In this document: positions 46,810-61,800 of the stretch, piece after piece
Layout of the letters: each line of letters opens with the position of its first letter
Numbering within the stretch: position 1 is the stretch's first letter
Assembly: GCA_043228905.1 (NCBI GenBank)
Contig: JBHGNT010000072.1
Coordinates: 56,613 to 120,612 of the forward strand
Origin: Azolla caroliniana
Lineage: Eukaryota; Plantae; Polypodiophyta
DNA: 64,000 bases
Direction: 5' to 3'
Position numbers and translations under genes: made by a program
Notes under the pieces: generated by a model
Databases searched by the model: none
Told to the model about the DNA's origin: nothing
What the model saw: only the letters and a program-made list of their open reading frames with translations

Positions 46810-49612
46810 ATACGTTCATTAGTTAAGTCAATGTACATAGGATATTATACATCATCTCATATCGTACATGCCAACTTGTATGGCTACGAAGAGACAAGCA
46901 TGTACAAAGGAATCAACAAAAAAAAAAACAAAATAAGCAAATAATCACGGCAACAAGAGGGACGAACAGAGAAGGATGAGCAACCTTCCTGCAATGGATA
47001 TGAGCCACGAAACATATGAGTCCCTCACCAACCATTCCACTTGCAGGTGCCATTTATAGTCCACCCTTTGAGTTGTGACCCACTTCTGACCCTTGGACAA
47101 AATCGGATCTGGTGTATAACAACATGCATCCGATGAGCAGAGTATTACTCGACAACATACCCTTAGCATCGTGAGCCTTATATGACCCTACTTTAGCATA
47201 GACATCCTCCAATCTCCTCACGTTGCAGCGCCCACCTATTTGCGATGTTTGGTGCCCATGGAGGGAACAACCACCGTGGTGGTTGATAAATCCACTTAGC
47301 ATTGCCATATGCAGCATAGAAGAACCTCTCCCTTTTAGGAGAAAACAACCTCTAACTTCTTCACTCGTGTTCGAGGTCCCCTGAATGCTTTCAAACTCTC
47401 CTTTAAAAGGAAAAATAATATTAAACTACATCATTAAACTCTCCGCCGGTGGGATTCGCTTACCCGTGAAAGACTCGTTGCATCGAGATACCTAGGCTTG
47501 CCAAACTGTACGACTTGCCACTAATAACCAAATGTCCACATGTTCTTGCATGTTGAATGAACCCCCCATGTGTTGTAGGTTGTACAGTTCCGTGCGCCAC
47601 CTTTAAAGAAGGACTATTTCCATTCCACGCATGAAACCATGATGCTTATTCGTAACCAACCAGATAGCTACTACGTTCGATACATGTACATCAGCCCCAC
47701 ATCGAGCCAAGATTCTTAAGCTCTTCATCCAAACTTCTTGGTCACATGGGCAACTCCACAAACAATGTGTGATGTCCACCAAACTCGCTTCGCAGGCCAT
47801 GCAATCGCTCATGCCACCCATTTTCACAAGCCACTCTCGTTGGAACGGCCCGATGGGTGATTAACCAGAAAAACACTTTGACCCTTTCGGGGACAGATGA
47901 GTTCCATATCCTAGGTCTATACACGAAGACCGTTTCAACAACTACATGGGCCCATTTGTTGGCACACTTTTCACGTTGCATGCATAACTTTCTCCCCGAG
48001 CACGTCGAGTACTCGAAGCAACCTATTGATTTATCTTGTTCTCTCCTCCACTTGTATTCTGGAGGATCCCATTCTAAACACTTGAGCGGCTTGCCTCCAA
48101 CCATGTACAAGATCCAATCCCCCTCAACCTCATCAATTGGTGGATTCACCATCCATTTCTTATTGTCTCGTGCTACAATTCTAATCAAGGACTAGCTTGC
48201 ACCTACATCTACTAATCCCAATTGGATGGTCTTCCCGTTCTTTCCTAGACCCTTGGCATTGATAATATTTCCCTTGTCATCACATTGTCTGGACCATTCA
48301 CCTTCTTCCCCATTACTGATAGGAATTGAGTATATAGCTATACTGACAAGGTCAAGCATCTTCTTGTCATTTCTGAACGTTCCCAAGTCTTAATATAATT
48401 TATCACGATCATTGGTTGACAACCGCATCCAATCCGCCACTGATTGAATCCATGCACAATACAATCTAGCCCACGTCATACCCTTGCTCTGTCCAAGCAT
48501 CTTGCCTTCCATCGTCTTTAAGGTTTCGTTCCATAGTAGGGGTTGGTGCATGCATTCAACATTAGTAATCGGTCCTATTCGAATTAGATGCCCATGACAC
48601 GTACTCCACACCTTCATCACTGAGTATATTTGCTATTAGCCAACCGATTGGATTTCCTAAGCTTTAAGTCCATACAAAATAGCCATGATTTATGTGGCTT
48701 CCAATGACCACCAAATTGTGGACTCCAGAGGATGCTCCTATTATAAATCATCGTTTTCCATAACTCATTTTCGGGCAAAAAGCTCCTTACCAATACTTTG
48801 CATAGCAATGACTGACTTTGCAATCCAGGGTCAATCAATCCAAAACCCCAGTTACTTTTGGGAAGAATCAACATAGACCACGATGCTATAGCTACCATGT
48901 TGTCTTTGCTATTCCTAGCCCATAGGAATCCCTTGATACATGCTTTAACAGTACGAATAACATGCATATCAAACATCCACACTGAGATCGCATGCCATAA
49001 CGTAGACAAGAGCACATGGTTAGCTACTATGATCTTGCCAACCAATGATAAATTCATTCCTGACCAAATGCATATTTTGTCACATATTTTACTTTGAATT
49101 TGGTTCAATTGTATTCCTTTATCGATATCTACACCAATCCATGTACCTAGATATCTAGTGGGTTCCCCTTTTGCTATCCATCTGAATTTAGCATTTGGTT
49201 TCCATACCGGCTCTACCTCTGAGCTAATCCAAAAGCCCCTAGACTTATTCCAATTGATGGAGGCACTCGATGCTTTGCAAAAGAAATCAATTGCAACCTG
49301 CATCCTCTCAAGATTTGCTTCATTACCTTGGAGGTACATGATCGTATCGTCCGCGAACTCCAACTCCATCAGGGACTTCCTTGAGTTAGGAATCGATAGA
49401 CTATTCAAAACGGCAAACATTGCTTTAGTAATAAAGAGGAACAGAAAGGGGGCGAGAGGACAACCCTGCCTGATGGATCTAGTTAGAGAGATTCTAGCTT
49501 CTTTCCTCCTGGCAATCAATACCTTAATCAAGTCATTCCTATATAAGGCTTGAGCAGCACACCTCCATGCCCAAATCCCAATTCATGCATTGCACCTTTT
49601 TGAAAATCATTG
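46810..49612 (-). mobile_element. L1-clade LINE, 5'-truncated, decayed
   Basis: SIRQGCPLAPFLF, FADD, RYLG, and zf-RVT CMAC...HCLWSC. Confidence 0.88.
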
Positions 49613-52485
49613 CAAAAGAATGGGGATTGTATCATGAACATACAAACCCCCTAAAAGCTATGACATTTTTATGCTTATGATAAACACCAACTTATGTTTT
49701 TTATTGCTTTATTATGTTTATGGCTGATTATTACTTTTCAAAACAAACTATCCTTCCATTAGTTATAAAGAAAGGTCATAACAGTTACATTATACAAAGT
49801 ATTTTTTCCCAAGCTTGCCTTGTGTAGACAACGATTGAGGAAGCAAATATATGTACTCCAACATAGAGAAAACAATCCAACAATTACAATCTATTCCCTA
49901 GATACATTGCAAGGCAACAACGAAAGTAGTTCTATTCGGAAACAAACCCTCTGAGGTCATAGTTATGCGCCATTCAATAGTTCTTCAACCTGTACATCTC
50001 AGTTTTGAGGGCGATCAACTATGTTCTTTGGTTTTTCAAGAGACCACTTTCCACATTCGTGGCTATAAAGTCAAGAACTATGTTTCCTCTTTCCCCATCA
50101 ACCATCTTCTTGGATTACCACCAAATTCCTGTACATAGAACAACAAATTAAGTCAAGTTTCCTCTCCTCATGAGCATATTCTTCGGCCCCCACACCATCA
50201 TCACTTGTCCTTATCAAGAAACATAAAAACTGCTTCGTTAAGTCCTCAAAAACCATCTCGTCGAATACACCAAATTTCTGCACATAAACAATAAAATGTG
50301 TCTAAATTCCTCATCTCCTCATTGGAATGTGCTTCGACCTCCACACCATCCTCACTCATCCTTATCCAAAACATAAATTCTACATCATTAAGTCCACATC
50401 ATCCATCTCGCCGAATACCACAGAAATCCTGCACATACAACAATACATGAGTCTTTTTTCCTCATTTCCTCATGACAGTATGTTTCGTCCCCCACAACCT
50501 CATCACTCATCCTTATCCAAAAACATACATTTTGCTTCATCAAGTCCAAATCAACTTCTCACAAATTACTGCCAAAACCTGTACATACAAACAACTAAAT
50601 GAGTCTAGTCTTTTGAATAGATTTTGCTTCAACCCCCACACCATCAACACTCATCCTCATCAAAAACATACATTTTGCTTCCTCAAGTCCACATCAAACC
50701 TCTCGCCGATTATCGGTACATTCTTGTACATACAAACTGTTGGGAAATCGGTCCCTTCGGATGGGATCTGGTGATGAATGAAGAGGACCCGGTGAGAACC
50801 AGAAGAGAGGACATATTTGTAAATATGTTTTGAGTAAGCCTATTGAGGCTATATCTGTGAATAGCCCTAAGTTCATATAAGTATAAATATGACTTAGGGC
50901 AATCACTTTGTATAGAGTGAATCGTGAGTTGTCATATGATGGTAATTGTTGTATAGAGAGCGACAGAGAGAGAGAGTGTGTGTGTGAGATATAGAGCTAT
51001 ACTCTGTTGTAACTGCCGGTTGGCGAAGATACAGAGCTCGAGGTCGTTGCCTCCGAGTCTCTGTTTGTACCTTTCTTATATAGTGATAGTTTGGAGTCTG
51101 TGGGCACCCGTGGTTTTTCCCTATTAGGGTTTTCCACGCAAACATCTTGTGAACTCTCTATTGTCGGTGTGTGTACGTGCGTTCACTCCCTACTTCCCAT
51201 TTCTGTGTTTGATTATCATTAAAGTGATAGAAGACTCGGGTTGTGGTCGAGCAATATTCCGCTATTCTTCACAAACTAGTATTAGAGCGAACAACATAGG
51301 AAATGGAAGAATTGTTTGGCGGCATTTTCAAGCTCACTAGATCCAACTACTTAATGTGGAAGTCGAAGATGAGGGATATGCTGGTGGTTAAAGATCTTTG
51401 GTTGCCGGTTCAGTTCGGGGATAAGAGACCGGATAAGATCGATGCCACAACGTGGGAGGTGATGCATATGAAGACGACAACATGCATCTAGTGCTTCATC
51501 GACATGAGCCTGTACAACAACTTCAATGAAGAGAGCAAGGCTCATGAAGTCTGGGAGAAGATCGACATCATGTTCCAGAACAAGAATGCTGTTAATCGGG
51601 TTTCGGTATTCTGGAAGCTTGTGAGGCTCCGGTACCAGGACGGCTCCAGTATGGCGGAGCACATGAATGCCTTCCAGGGGCTTATACACCAAGCAACCTC
51701 ATTGGAAGTACCTCTCGCCAATGAGGTACTCGCATTGCTCTTGCTCGGTTCCCTCCCGGATAGCTGGAAGACGTTAGTTGTCACGTTGGGCAATGCCGGG
51801 CCGGAAGGAAAACAATTGTCCCTAGCAAGGGTAAAATCAAGCTTGCCAGATGAAGAAGCTCTACTATGGGAAGTCGGGGCACTTCCAAAAGAACTGTCGG
51901 CATTTCCGGAAAGAGAAAGAAACCGACACCACCGATTCGAAGAAGAGTTCGGACCGAAACGATTCGGACTGGAGAGGCCAGGATCGGAAGGGAACGTCGG
52001 CGATCGTGACAAGTGAAGAAGAACTGATGCTCATTACCGACGAGAATGAGTTAAACCTTGTTGGCGACGAGACAACGTGGGTTGTCGATTCCGGAGCGTC
52101 ATTCCACCTGACACCGGACCGGAAATTCTTCTCATCCTACACAGCCGGTGATCATGGTTGTGTCTGGATGGAGAATGAAGGTACATGCCTAATTGTCAGC
52201 ATAGGAGATGTGTTGTTGAAGACATTGACCGGATGCAAGTTGTTGCTGAAGGATGTCTGACACGTTTCAGAGGTTCGACTAAACCTGATATGAGCCGGTC
52301 GGCTAGATGATGAAGGCTACACGGGTAGCATCCGAAACGGAGTCATGAAGTTTAGCAAAGGGAGTCTAATAGTGGCTCGAGCCCGGAAGGTCAACACACT
52401 GTACTTGATGCATGCTCGGATATGCTGGGAAGAAGTGAACGTAGCATCTGACACTACCGGTGAGCTGTGGCACGAAAGACTGTGT

Positions 52486-52983
52486 TGAAAGGAAAAATCG
52501 TTGCCAGCCACAACCGGTTGTACGTGTGCGGAATAATATTCAATCTAATGGAAAGGAAAAACAGAAATAGGAACTGAGAATGACACAGATTTTAACGCGG
52601 AAACCCAAACTGGGAAAAAACCACGTGGAGTCCACAAACTCTGAAACAGAACACTATGAGAGAAAGGAATACAATCAGAGATCTCAGAGGCAATGACCAA
52701 GATCTTGCTTCGCCAATAGGTGGCTATGGAGCTCACACGCTTCCACTCACACTCGTTCACTCTCACAGTTACGGAGGCAACAACCTTGTCAATAGTAACT
52801 TTACAATAACGCGCTCCTAGCATGATTGCCCTAAGTACTTATATACTAATGTAGCCTTTCGACTATTTACAAACTTAGTTTTCCGTGTTGGCTATCTCCA
52901 CGATTTCCGGTTTCGGCCTTGGCCGAGTTGCTCATCAACACGGTTCTTTGCACTTCCCATCCGGAGGGACCTGTTTCCTAACA
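52486..52983 (-). mobile_element. Solo LTR (Copia-type) inserted in D
   Basis: TG...CA ends; TSD TGTGT (52481-85, 52984-88); minus strand carries the cgtggttttttccc...gggtttcc motif shared with the C and D LTRs. Confidence 0.88.
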
Positions 52984-53913
52984 TGTGTCACATGTTTGAG
53001 AAGGGGATGAAGAGGTTTGCCGAAGACAACCTCATTCCGGTGAAGGACATGCAACTTGAGAAATGCACCGATTGCTTGGCTGACAAGCAAAAACACACCT
53101 CCTTCCAGTCAAGACCACCGATGAGACGGAATGCACCATTGGAGTTGGTGCATACCGATGTGTGTCAAGTGGACATGAAGTCGCATGCCGGATCGCATTA
53201 CTTCTTGACATTCATAGATGACCACAGCCGGAAGCTGTGGGTCTCACCATTGAAGACGAAGCATCAGATGCTATCTGTCTTCAAGGAGCTCCACACGAGA
53301 GTGGAAAGAGAAACCCGCCAGAAGTTGAAGGCGGTTCAAGCAGATAACGGAGGAGAATACCGGGGGCAGTTTGAGGAGTACTTCCGGTCGAATGGAATCC
53401 GGCTCGACTTTACTGTGCCCAAGACGCTAGAACTAAACGGGTTGGCCGAAAGGATGAACTGGAGCATGCTAACACATGTACAGTTACCCAAGATGTTTTG
53501 GGCTGAGGCGATTACGACGGTGACCTATGTGGTAAATAGATCACCCTCAGCACCCTTGGAAGGAGACTCACCTCAGAAAGTATGGACCGATAAAGATGTA
53601 TCTCACCGGCAAGAGAGCAAAGCTAGATCCAAAGTGCAAGCCATGCATATTCCTTGGATACGACGATGATGACCTCGGTTACCGGGTGTGGGATCTGGTC
53701 GACAAGAAGGTGTTCCAGAGTCGGGACATAGTCTTCATGGAAGACAGGACCATTGCCGACTGAGAGTTGGAGAAGAAGGTGATGAACTCTGGATCATTCA
53801 ATGAAAACTGGCTTGAGGACCCAAGGACTTACCCGATTGAAAACCGGACGCTAGCCAGTAACTGGATGACACTCGACGAACTAGCCAGATACAGACAAGA
53901 AACTGAACTGACC

Positions 53914-53967
53914 GAAGAAGAAGAAGAAGAAGAAGAAGAAGAAGAAGAAGAAGAAGAAGAAGAAGAA
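53914..53967 (+). repeat. (GAA)18 expansion in the D integrase-RT linker
   Basis: Direct read; the homologous site in C has only about 3 GAA. Confidence 0.95.
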
Positions 53968-54735
53968 GACACCGAAACCGGACAAGATCCCGAATCGGAT
54001 TTGGATTTGGAACAAATGGAGGAACCGGCAGTCAAAAACCAGGGACGGAGATATCCTCTCCGAGAGAGAGAAGAGCCCCCCAAAGATTTCTGGATGCAGA
54101 GCATGTGTTGCTAACCGATGAGGGGGAGGCGGAAAGCTTCGAAGAAGCAAAGAGAGACACCCACAACTACAAGTGGTTGAGTGCCATGCAATATGAGATG
54201 GATTCCTTGCATGAGAACCACACGTGTGAACTGACGGAGTTGCCGAAAGGGAAGAGAGCACTTCGGAACAAGTGGGTGTACAAGCTGAAATCGGGAGACG
54301 CCGGGAATCCACCAAGGTATAAGGTTCGGATCATGGTGAAGGGTTTCCAGCAGAAGAAAGGAGTGGATTTCGATGAGATCTTTGCCCAGGTAGTAAAGAT
54401 GACATCCATTTGGATGGTGTTGGGCATAGCGGCAAGCATGGACCTCGAGGTAGAGCAACTGGACGTCAAGACAACATTCCTACATGGCGACCTTGAAGAA
54501 GAGATCTACATGCACCAACCGGAAGGATTTGGGAGGAAAGGGAAGGAGCACTTGGTGTGCCGGCTGAAGAAGAGCCTATACGGACTAAAGCAAGCCCCCC
54601 CGGAAATGGTACCAAAAGTTCGACTCCTTCATGACTGACCAAGGGTACCACAAAACGCAAGCCGATCATTGCGTGTTTGTGAAGAAATTTGACGGAGGAG
54701 ATTTCCTGATACTCCTCCTATATGTGGATGATATT

Positions 54736-55389
54736 TGTGAAAGTGTTTTTAGAATTCAAAGTATTGAACACTACAAGAATATAAGGTATGGAGCATTCAC
54801 ATCCGGAGGGCAAGATTACGAACCCAGGTCTTAAGGATAAGTCAAACAAAAAGCAAGACACGTGGAGAAAAGTAAAAGAAGAAAAAAGCGAGCCACCAAA
54901 ACATAGTCTGAAACGAACACTTAGACGTCTTTCGTTTGGAAGTCAAATATAATAGTCAAATATGGGTTAGAAAGCTTATGAAGAGAGCTATCTATAGCTT
55001 TTTAAAGCTCTACATTTGGAGATTGGATGAGGGAGCTATGACGATTTGAAGATTGTTGTGTCATAGATAAGAATAGGACTCGATGAAAAACTCTAAAAAA
55101 AGCATAAAAAAGAAAGCAAGGGAAACTTATCTAGTGGAAGAGAACTTTATATAAAGCAAGAAGAGTAAGGTGGTAGGGGAGTCTACTTCTCGTGGTGTTT
55201 TTGTTGCCTATTCATAGTGTGTTTTTCTAGTGATCAATTTATCCTTGTAGGCTTGAGTTTATGTATCAGATTCTTCTTTCTCTCTTACTTATACCATAAT
55301 CATTCATTATCAATAAATCTCTGTTGTTTTGGAGCTATATATCTTATTTATTTCTCTTCTCTATCTTTTTTTTCTCTCTCTCTTCATCA
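54736..55389. mobile_element. Solo LTR inserted immediately after the YVDD motif of D
   Basis: tgtga...catca ends; near-TSD ATATT / ATATG; the RT sequence resumes afterwards. Confidence 0.8.
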
Positions 55390-56799
55390 ATATGCTGATC
55401 TTCGGACGAGACCAAGGCAAGATTCGGATGCTGAAGAAGGGTTTGAACCGGACCTTCTCGATGAAAGACTTGGGTCCGGCAAGATAGATATTGGGGATGC
55501 ATATGATCTGGGATTGATCGAAGAAGCTTGTGTGGTTGTCACAGGAGAAGTACGTGACAAAGGTGCTTCAACGGTTCAACATGTGAGATGCGAAACCGGT
55601 CGGATCGACATGTTGAACCGGTCGAATCGAAGATGGTTGCATTGTCAACCACGAAGGCGGAGTACATGGCAGTTGTAGAAGCTGGCAAGGAGATAATCTG
55701 GATGAAGGACTTCATCGGAGAGCTAGGAATCCAACAAGAGGAATATAGGCTCTACTACGACAGTCAAAGTGCCATCCACCTTGCAAAGAACGCGGCCTAC
55801 CATTCCCGGACGAAACATATCCAACGGAGGTACCACTGGATCCGAGAGAGAGTAGAAGAACAAGAGTTCGTGCTGACGAAGATCCATACGGAGGAGAACG
55901 GGTCGGATATGCTGACCAAGGTGTTGACAACCGACAAGCTGGACGCGTGCCGAAAGAGGATCGGGCTGACGAGCCATCCCATGCCAGAGTGAAGAGGGAG
56001 ATTGTTGGGAAATCGGTCCCTCCGGATGGGATCCGGTGATGAATGAAGAGGACCCAGTGAGAATCGGAAGAGAGGACATATTTGTAAATATGTTTTGAGT
56101 AAGCCTATTGAGGTTATATATGTAAATAGCCCTAAGTTCATATAAGTATAAATATGACTTAGGGCAATCACTTTGTATAGAGTGAATCGTGAGTTGCCAT
56201 ATGGTGGTAATTGTTGTATAGAGAGCGACAGAGAGAGAGAATGCGTGTGTGAGATATAGAGCTATACTCTGTTGTAACCGTCGGTTGGCGAAGATACAGA
56301 GCTTGAGGTCATTGCCTCCGAGTCTTTGTTTGTACCTTTATTATATAGTGATAGTTTGGAGTCTGTGGGATCCCGTGGTTTTTCCCTATTAGGGTTTTCC
56401 ACGTAAACATCTTGTGAACTCTCTATTGTCAATGTGTGTACGTGCACTCACTCCCTACTTCCGATTTCTGTGTTTGATTATCATTAAAGTGATAGAAGAC
56501 TCGGGTTGTGGCTGAGCAATATTCCGTTATTCTTCACACAAACAACTTAGTTTTAGAGACTATGCTTCAGCCCCCACACCATCATCACTCATCCGTATTA
56601 AAAACATGAATTGTGCTTCAATAATCCACATCAACCATTTCACTCTCATTGATTTACCACCAAAATCGAGTTCCTAAAAAAACAAAATGACATTAGTCTC
56701 CTTGTCTCTCATTAAATTATGTTACAACCCTCAACACCATCATCACTCATCCTTATCCAAAATCAGAAAATGCTTCATTTTTCGCATCCACCATCTCGC

Positions 56800-57600
56800 C
56801 CTTGTCAGCCCACAGAACTACCGAAATCCCATCGATGTCTTTTATGTTCTTCATGTTAACCTGTAAGATAATTTACAGAAAAGAAGAAACCATATACCCC
56901 ACTATTATGTTTGAAATAAGAAAGGACTAGGGGGCGGGAATAGCCAGTGTGGTGGAACATAATTCCAACGATCTTCATGTGACTCATCCAACTAGAGAGG
57001 TATTGGCCACAATATTTTATGGAATTTTCTCCTTTTCTTATGCACCTTTTTCGGTGTTCCTTAAATACTATCATACTCTCCCTTAATTGTGTGTACCAAG
57101 TTGTCCCACAACATCTTAGTCATATCCACCACATTGTACTTGATGCCTTCTAATTTCTTGTTGCAATGACACTTCCACCACACCCATAAAGCATTAACTG
57201 AAACAATATTCCAAACAAAAGAATTTCTTAAAAATTTACCACCAAGAATGTTAGGAAGAACTGGTTCAGTTGTATTCTCCAAGACTCGTAATGCTTCCGT
57301 GAAAAGATACCTGCTCATCCAAAGACCCCCTAGAAAACAGCCTCCCATGTAAAAATTACTCCCTTATATTTACAAGAAAACATCTCAATAGTCTTCCCCA
57401 ATACTGTCGAGCTACACTACAAGTCCAAAACAAATGTTTCAAGGTTCCCCCCTGTACTTGGCAACACGCACAACAACGATCATCGACTTGTTCTTTTAAA
57501 TGAACACCTACAGGTAAAGCATAATGAAGCATTAACCACTTAAAAGAAAGTGTTCTACGCATACATGGTAGAGCCCATAAACGTTTCCAATAAGTCGATA
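56800..57600 (-). mobile_element. L1-clade LINE 3' fragment
   Basis: FKWLMLHYALP...CACC...HLFWTC; ALWVWWK. Confidence 0.75.
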
Positions 57601-58869
57601 TGGATGATTATTACTTAATTAGTCTCTTAAAATATTGAGATGAAATCACTATGCTACCTGTGTCTTACCATCGACATTGTTCTCAACTTTTCTATAATAG
57701 AGTTTTTGCTTATTCTTTTTTGTCTTTTTATGATTTCAATGCAGGCTGAAAGTTAAATATATTTACATTTTTTAATGATTTCTTGGAACACAAAGTAAAG
57801 TTATTTACATATTATCAATCATAACACACTTAGTCAGATGGCTAAATTTAGGCTTTTGTCATCCGCATACTTCTTATAGTGTCTTGGGTGCATGTTCCAA
57901 ATGTAAGCTAGTTTCCCTTCAACTAAGTTGTGTTTGTTGACGTTACTCTTTCGCCCACTATTGAAAGTGAGTTTTCACATGTGCTTGATTAATATGAGAA
58001 GAGAATTCATATAATGTGTAACGATATGCTCAATAAAAAGTCCATGTGGAACATTGAGTAATATATTTGTACCTTTTATGTCAAGGGATAAACCTAATGT
58101 TGTATAACCTTTATCAAAACATAAAGGAATGGTACAATGATTTATATGTAGTTAAATGATAGAGCTTGAACTTTTTTGATAGTATATAAAATCACTTTAG
58201 AAGAGATAATATCCATTATTGTGATAAAAGTGGGGACCAATTCTAGATAGTCATAATGAATATAGGCTAATGGATGATAACAAGGGGAATGTAAAAATTA
58301 TTTATAGAAGAGCAATGTGCATGTGAAAGGTGGGGAGGAAGTGTTGATGTACTCATTCCGAATATAATCTAATGGGTGATAACAAGGGCAATGTGAAAGT
58401 TAATTATAGAAAAACAAAGAGCACTTAAAAGCTCATATAAACTTCATATTTCTCTCTCACATGTGTTAGACAATTTACACGATTATTTTGCACCCATATA
58501 CTATGAATTATTGTGGTCTCCCTAAACCAAAATAAACATGTGTAATGATATACAAATCATTATTATAGTTGCGCTTGTGTAGGAAAATCAATGCCAAAAT
58601 AGTGCATAAGTAGAAGTACAATTTCTAGATAATTTAAACTCCAAACTAGAAAGAAACTTTATGTGACGACAATTTATAGACTCCGAGAATAATTGTATTT
58701 ATGAAAATCATATTTTTTTTTGGAACTTTGGAAAAAGACATGTGGAATGGAGATTTATGAAATGGTAGAGTCACCCTATATATATATTTTAGTGGATTTG
58801 GGACCTAAAGACGTGTCAACTTAGAAGAACTTTCGTTGAAGCATCTTTTGTAATGATATAATACAATAC

Positions 58870-61800
58870 TCCATAAATTATAATTAATAGTTGGAAACTT
58901 TTGTTGCTAGTGCAATGTCATGTCGAACTATTAGTCCCTTTAACGGGTAGTCATCACCTACTTCCATATGGGCGACATCACTTATTTATCTTACACTGAA
59001 TAGCCCACATGTTTGTTCTCTATGTTTCTCATGTCATTCACGCCCCTCTATCATCTAATGGGAGGGGGGGACAACCATCTCGGTACTACTTACTACTAAC
59101 GTATATCCACTCCAATTTCTGCAGCCATCCGTGTAGACACCATCGTTTTCTGAAATTCAGCCTCATTAATTTTGAAGCATCATCTGTTCCATCAATCCGC
59201 TCAAATTGGGCCCTCAATGTAGTTATTAATGTGTGCCATATTAGCTTAATAGATTCTGTTGGAGGCCATTTGTTTGCTGAAAATACCAGGCTGGTACATC
59301 TTGCTGTCCAGATGTTCCATATGATAATGCGTGCAAGCAACGTCCATAGATCTCTGATTTTCTGATTCTGGGCATTAATTGTAGGTGCACTGTTATTAGT
59401 GATCAGTCGAATAGTTCCATTCTCCCCTCTCTACATTGCTTTGCATGTGCTCTCAAATTTCTCCACATCATCATCAAGACATTTCCAACAAGCTTGTTTC
59501 CATTTGAGGGTAAATGAGCTAGAGGCATGTCATAATAATCGTAATGCCCTTCTCCATACAATCGTTGCCTCATGACATTCCCATAGACAATGGGAAATGC
59601 TTTCTAGCTGTCCACATGCACTACATCTAGGGTCTACATTGGGGCCTTTAGCCCACGCCCCTACTGACAAGGCTCTATCCACAATAAGCCATAAGCACAA
59701 CATTATCTTGCGGTCACTACTGTCGTGCAATATCATTTTCCAGAATTTAGCTAATCTCCTTTCACTAATGCCCTCTTGTGTCCAAAATTTACGAGCTGCA
59801 ATATCTTTATGTTCTTGTTTTAGCATAATTTGCCTCTCGATTTTCGTGTTGTACCTAAATCAATTGAACCAACTTGGCACCATCAATTCGTCCTTGAGTT
59901 CTCCAGAAATACATCACTGGGTCCCATGATAGTTGATTTGAATGCCCTTCTATTGGCCAACACACTATCGTTGGTTTGATCTCACTCGACTTGAGGTAAA
60001 CTATCATATCCTTTCCGTTTTTTGCAAGCAACCTAATTGACCTTTCAGTTTGATAGGCTGGTTGCTCACACATTACCATTTTATGCTCTATTTTGTAGTA
60101 ACATGCCTCATTAGATCCTACTTTCATTCCCTTAATTCTAATTAGATAATTTTTAGCATCCATAAGTCCTATCATTCAATTTCAGAGGGACTTATAGCTT
60201 CATCTTCCAAGGTTTGCCTATTGTGTGCAATGGCATTTGTAATCCTCATTAGGATGCATTTACCCCTGTTTATCCTCCATATTCTAGCCTTTTGAGTGCC
60301 CACATCATTAGACAGAAATCTCTTCCAATCTGCCATTGTATTCCCTTGGGCAGTGATTAAGTTGACCCATTTGAAGCCTGCTTTTTGTCCTATCATCAAC
60401 CCATCCACATCTCTAATTAGTGGGTTCCAAACAATAGGCATGTACATTCGGGCATATGCATCATTTCTCCACCTACAAATGATTCCCTTTCTAATTTCTT
60501 GCCACGCCTTCATAATTCCAACAACACATATACTCTGTGTACATCCCTAGTATTTGGGTCGCATTTCTTGCAACCCCCCCAAAAGCGCTACTTGGCCAAC
60601 TTCCACCTTGTCTTGGCAACCACATCTTCCATTTGCGTCGCCAAAGAATTTTCCAAGGTGCCTCAAGTGGTTGCAAGCTCCTGTCCACCAGTTTGCCTAG
60701 CAAGGCCTTCTTTTGTACCACAGGATCTATTAGTCCCACCCCACCTTCACTTTTATCTTTGATAAGTTTGGTTCATGCAACCTTTGCACGAGCATGTTTT
60801 TCCTCTATGCCCCCCCATAAGAAATTTCTGATCAGCCTTTTTATCACTTTCATCGACTTGGGTGTGATTATCCAACATGTTGCAGTATGCCATGTTGTGG
60901 CCATTAGAACCTGATTTGCAATCACAATCTTGGCTGCAAAGGATAGTTTTCTTGCATTGCACCATATTAGCTTCACTTTTATTTGGTCCACAAGTAGATT
61001 GTAGAGTTCTAACCGATCAATGACCATCCAGATTTTGAAACCCAAGTATCTAATAACTTCTTCTCTCCTCAACCATTGAGCCCCATTTACCACGGACTTA
61101 TTGCTAATCCAAATGCCCATTGATTTATTCCTGTTTATTTTAGCACCCAATCTCCTACAAAACTCATTTATTGCAGTTTGTAGTCTGTCCAAGTTGTTTG
61201 CATCCCCCTTAACGTAAGTTGTTGTATCATAAACATATTCTGTATCAAGCACCATTCTTGCATCCTCGGGTAGGGGAAGGCCTTGTATTTGCCAATATCT
61301 ATCAACAATCTGATAATGCAAAGCTTCTGCTGTATTAATGAATAGGTACAGGGCCAATGGGCATCCTTGGTGTACCAATTGTGTCATCCTAAAGCTCTTC
61401 CCCAAGCTTCAAGACATTAAAACCTGGTTGGAAGCATCCCTGTAAAAGGCAACCATTCCAAGGAATCTCCATTGTTGCTCGAACCCTAGGGCATCCATCA
61501 TTGCTTCTAGGAATTCACATGAGACCCTATCATATGCTTTTTTAAAGTCGTGCAACATTATTGCCAGGTGCACTTCTTGCTCCTCCACCCATGTTGAATA
61601 CTCCCAGAAAGTTATCACATTGTCAACAATGCTCCAGTTTTCTAGGAACCTAGTTTGCGTTGTATGTATAATGTCCCCTAGTACCGTTTTCAATAGACTA
61701 CTTGCAACTTTAGCCATGATCTTATAGGCATTAGTGAGAATCGTCAATGGTCGCCAATTATCAAGTATTGTTAGATCTTTTCCATCCTTGGGAATTAAAT

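Larger units (their letters stand above)
50738..56538 (+). mobile_element. Decayed Ty1/Copia element D, related to C
   Basis: 536-bp LTRs 50738-51273 and 56003-56538; TSD CAAAC; mutated PBS tagtattagagc; gag-pol remnants 51303-55992 with internal deletions. Confidence 0.95.
50191..56800. repeat. Degenerate ~145-160-bp tandem array split by Copia D
   Basis: cacaccatcatcactcatcctta-like anchors at 50191, 50342, 50493, 50637, then 56575 and about 56735. Confidence 0.75.

Noticed and set aside
57600-58870. AT-rich tract with a ~105-bp duplication near 58260-58420, possible DNA transposon
   Set aside because: No TIRs, TSD or Helitron ends could be established.
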